DNA of 64,000 nt from Takakia lepidozioides (lineage: Eukaryota; Plantae; Bryophyta), in assembly GCA_030704615.1 (NCBI GenBank), contig CM060734.1, forward strand, positions 35,030,001 to 35,094,000, in the 5' to 3' direction. The position numbers were made by a program, and so were the translations under genes. Within the stretch, counting starts at the first letter, position 1. Each line of letters begins with the position of its first letter. The notes under the pieces are model-generated. The model did no database searches. It was not told the DNA's origin and was given only the letters and a program-made list of their open reading frames with translations. Positions 61,755 to 64,000 of this stretch are shown in pieces.

Positions 61755-61960
61755 TCCAAGAGAGCCACCTCTGGGATAATCATGACAGCGCATGTCATGT
61801 ACCTTATGGGCTAGGATACACCTGTCATTTTACCATTGTAATGCCAATTTTGCATACTGATATGTAAATTTGCTGCAGATTAGTCCTTCGTAGAAACTCA
61901 TTCATCGTGACTCATAGGGGAACTATCTTGTTCCATTCATCCCATGTAGTCCTGGGATCA
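61755..61960. repeat. Paralogous empty copy of the transposon target sequence
   Basis: Colinear with 54281-54433 joined to 61374-61420 (CATGTCATGTACCTTATGGGCTAGGA.ACAC..TGCTGCAGAT..GTAGAAA..TC-ATCGTG-A.TCA.AGGGGAACTAT.TTGTTCCATT). Confidence 0.88.
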
Positions 61961-62207
61961 AATCCCGCAGCATCTTTAGATCACATAATGGTCAAGTCAG
62001 GTCTTATCTCATTTTAGATAAGCGAGACCATTGCATATCTTAAAAATGTTTTTACACATATAAACTACCCCAGTTTTCTTAAAAAAATTAATAGGTAAAC
62101 TGCAGCATTAGGATTGCAGAGAGGGAGAGATCAAGAAACAACAAAAAAAAAAAAAAAAAAGGGTGGGGGAGGGAGTGACTGAGCAGCTGCTAATTGGCCA
62201 GTTCTAT

Positions 62208-62455
62208 CAGTGTTGATTTCCTGTTTTTCATCCATACCAGATGAATTTTGGCAATGTTTCATCCATCCTCTAACAATTTTTCATCCATACCGGATGAGCT
62301 ACCAAGGGGGACACTGAATTACCTCTAGGATGAGTTTTGATTTTTCATTCCTCTTTTATTGACTTTCATCCATACCGGATGAGTCACCAGAGAATGAGGA
62401 ATTACCTCTATGGGGGTTGCCACTGACATCATGTTTTTCATCCATACCAGACAAA
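62208..62455. mobile_element. Probable left end of a hAT-like element with subterminal TTTCATCCATACCRGATGA repeats
   Basis: Starts CAGTGTTG like the hAT TIR at 49571. About 4-5 copies of TTTCATCCATACC[A/G]GA follow. No partner TIR seen in the window. Confidence 0.4.
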
Positions 62456-64000
62456 TTTATGTTTTTATGGTACCACGTGGTAGAACTACTCCTGGACCCA
62501 CCAATGCTTTAGTTCAATGGAAGAACTGGTTTTTTTCAGGTCACAATTTTCGCACTACATTAGTCTATGTCCCCTTGTGTGGCCTGATAAAAGTTTTTAC
62601 CAAGTGGACAGAGGCTAAGGCGGTTAAGAAGGCCAACGCACAGGTAACTGCTTATTTCATTTGTGAGTATATCTAGAATAGAGAATGGAGCTGCATGAAA
62701 AATGTAATATAGAGATGGTAGGAGTATTATGCGGATAATGTGCAAATAAAGGGAGCCGACAATTACTTAAATGCTCTCATTACAAACAGGTACGTAAATA
62801 TTTATAGCTATTTTTTTTTTTTTAGCATATGTCGGTAGGGCAATGTCAATTTGGCATTGACAACCTTGACAAATTAGTGCGTTGAATTACCTGTGAGGAT
62901 GTAAACCGTTGTCGTGGATGTTATTCCTATTTTTTCATTCTGCTGATGGATTTTTCCAATGGATGAGCTCATGGATGATATTTTTTCTCTGTCATCTAGA
63001 CCGGATGATGTGTACAGCTGTTTATGGCCCTGAACTGATCTTAACTACCCCTAATTATGGTTAATTACGGTGTGAAACCCTAACTCTTACCCTAAAACCT
63101 AATTTTTAACCTAGCTACGGATGAAATCCGTCGGGTTTGAGGGATGTTATGTTTATTGTTCATCCTGCGCGGATTAAAAATTGGGCAAATGCCCTATGTC
63201 GTCTCTCCCGCCATCAAAAGCACGACTCGTGCTTCTGAGCTCGCGGGGAGAGCAATATGGCGTCTGCGTTTTTGTTACTGCCCTGTTTGCTGCATCATAC
63301 CCGTGCTGGGCAATCTCATGGGGATGCGCAATGGTGGCGCTTGGTCTCTCTTGCATGCGGGAGACAATGTTGTGAATGCATCATCTTGTTCCCTCCTCCG
63401 ACCTTTAATTTTTGCAGCGGCGCCTGTGTTGGGAAGTCTCTCTCCCTCTCTTTCTTAACCTTGCAAGCTTGCTTGTATGCCTCATTGCTTCTTTGCTTTG
63501 CTGGAGGCGACTTGCTGGTGGTAATGGCGCACAGCTCTCTTCGCCAATCGCTCAAGGTGCTTTTGGTGACTAGGGTTCCTTCTGTTTTTGTCTTCATCTC
63601 TTGCTTTTGAAGTTCTTAGTTGACATTGATGACAAGTGTGGGGATATGTGATTCACCTGGGGTTCCACAATCCTCACTAACTTGTTGGTTTTTTTGGGAG
63701 CTTGTGATGGGACCAGATGACGATTCCCACTTGCTTTGAATTTTCTTGAGCATGCAGATGTGGATGTGGGCAGAGGAGCCCCTTGTCTTGTTGCGTCTTA
63801 ATATGACTCATGATGACACCAGCCTCGATTTCGGCCCCTCTGCTCCTAGCCTGGCATGCTGCCGCTTCTGTAAGGCTTGTGTTTTGCTGCCGTCTATGGG
63901 GCATCTCAGTTTCAAAGGCCTGTTTTCTGAAGTTTTGCATCCAACCTTTACCTTGTCTTTGGATCCCTGACAGCAGATCCTGTGGATCACTAGGCTAAGT

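Noticed and set aside
62225-62455. CRISPR-like repeat array
   Set aside because: Eukaryotic context, irregular spacing, related spacer sequences and no cas genes. Better explained as transposon subterminal repeats.
63144-64000. Gene at the right edge of the window
   Set aside because: Only short overlapping ORFs with no recognisable motif or consistent exon chain.

Overview
Eukaryotic, intron-rich nuclear DNA from a land plant. It is most likely a non-seed (bryophyte-like) plant, because it carries a flavodiiron gene fragment (a family absent from angiosperms) and Tcn1-like chromoviruses. Host genes are alpha-SNAP (-, 9 exons), two divergently oriented pectin methylesterases (5 exons each) and plastidial dihydrolipoamide dehydrogenase (-, 15 exons). 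Between the two PME genes lies a rearranged nest of three Ty3/Gypsy elements plus a non-autonomous CACTA. One Gypsy has a PBS complementary to its own LTR, suggesting self-priming, and the long 1026-aa pol ORF is a deletion-made chimera. The most striking object is a 6.9-kb DNA transposon at 54434-61367. It has ~320-360-bp TIRs, a 6-bp TSD (ATCGTG) confirmed by an empty paralogous site in the same window, and a spliced 4-exon IS3/IS481-like DDE transposase of the IS3EU type. Its cargo is captured host gene pieces (flavodiiron protein, aldo-keto reductase) and a LINE fragment, i.e. a Pack-type IS3EU-like element in a plant. Also present: a TTAA/CCCC..GGGG piggyBac-like non-autonomous element, hAT and Tourist-like MITEs, and tRNA-derived SINEs. 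All calls were made by reading the sequence by eye; no database searches were run.
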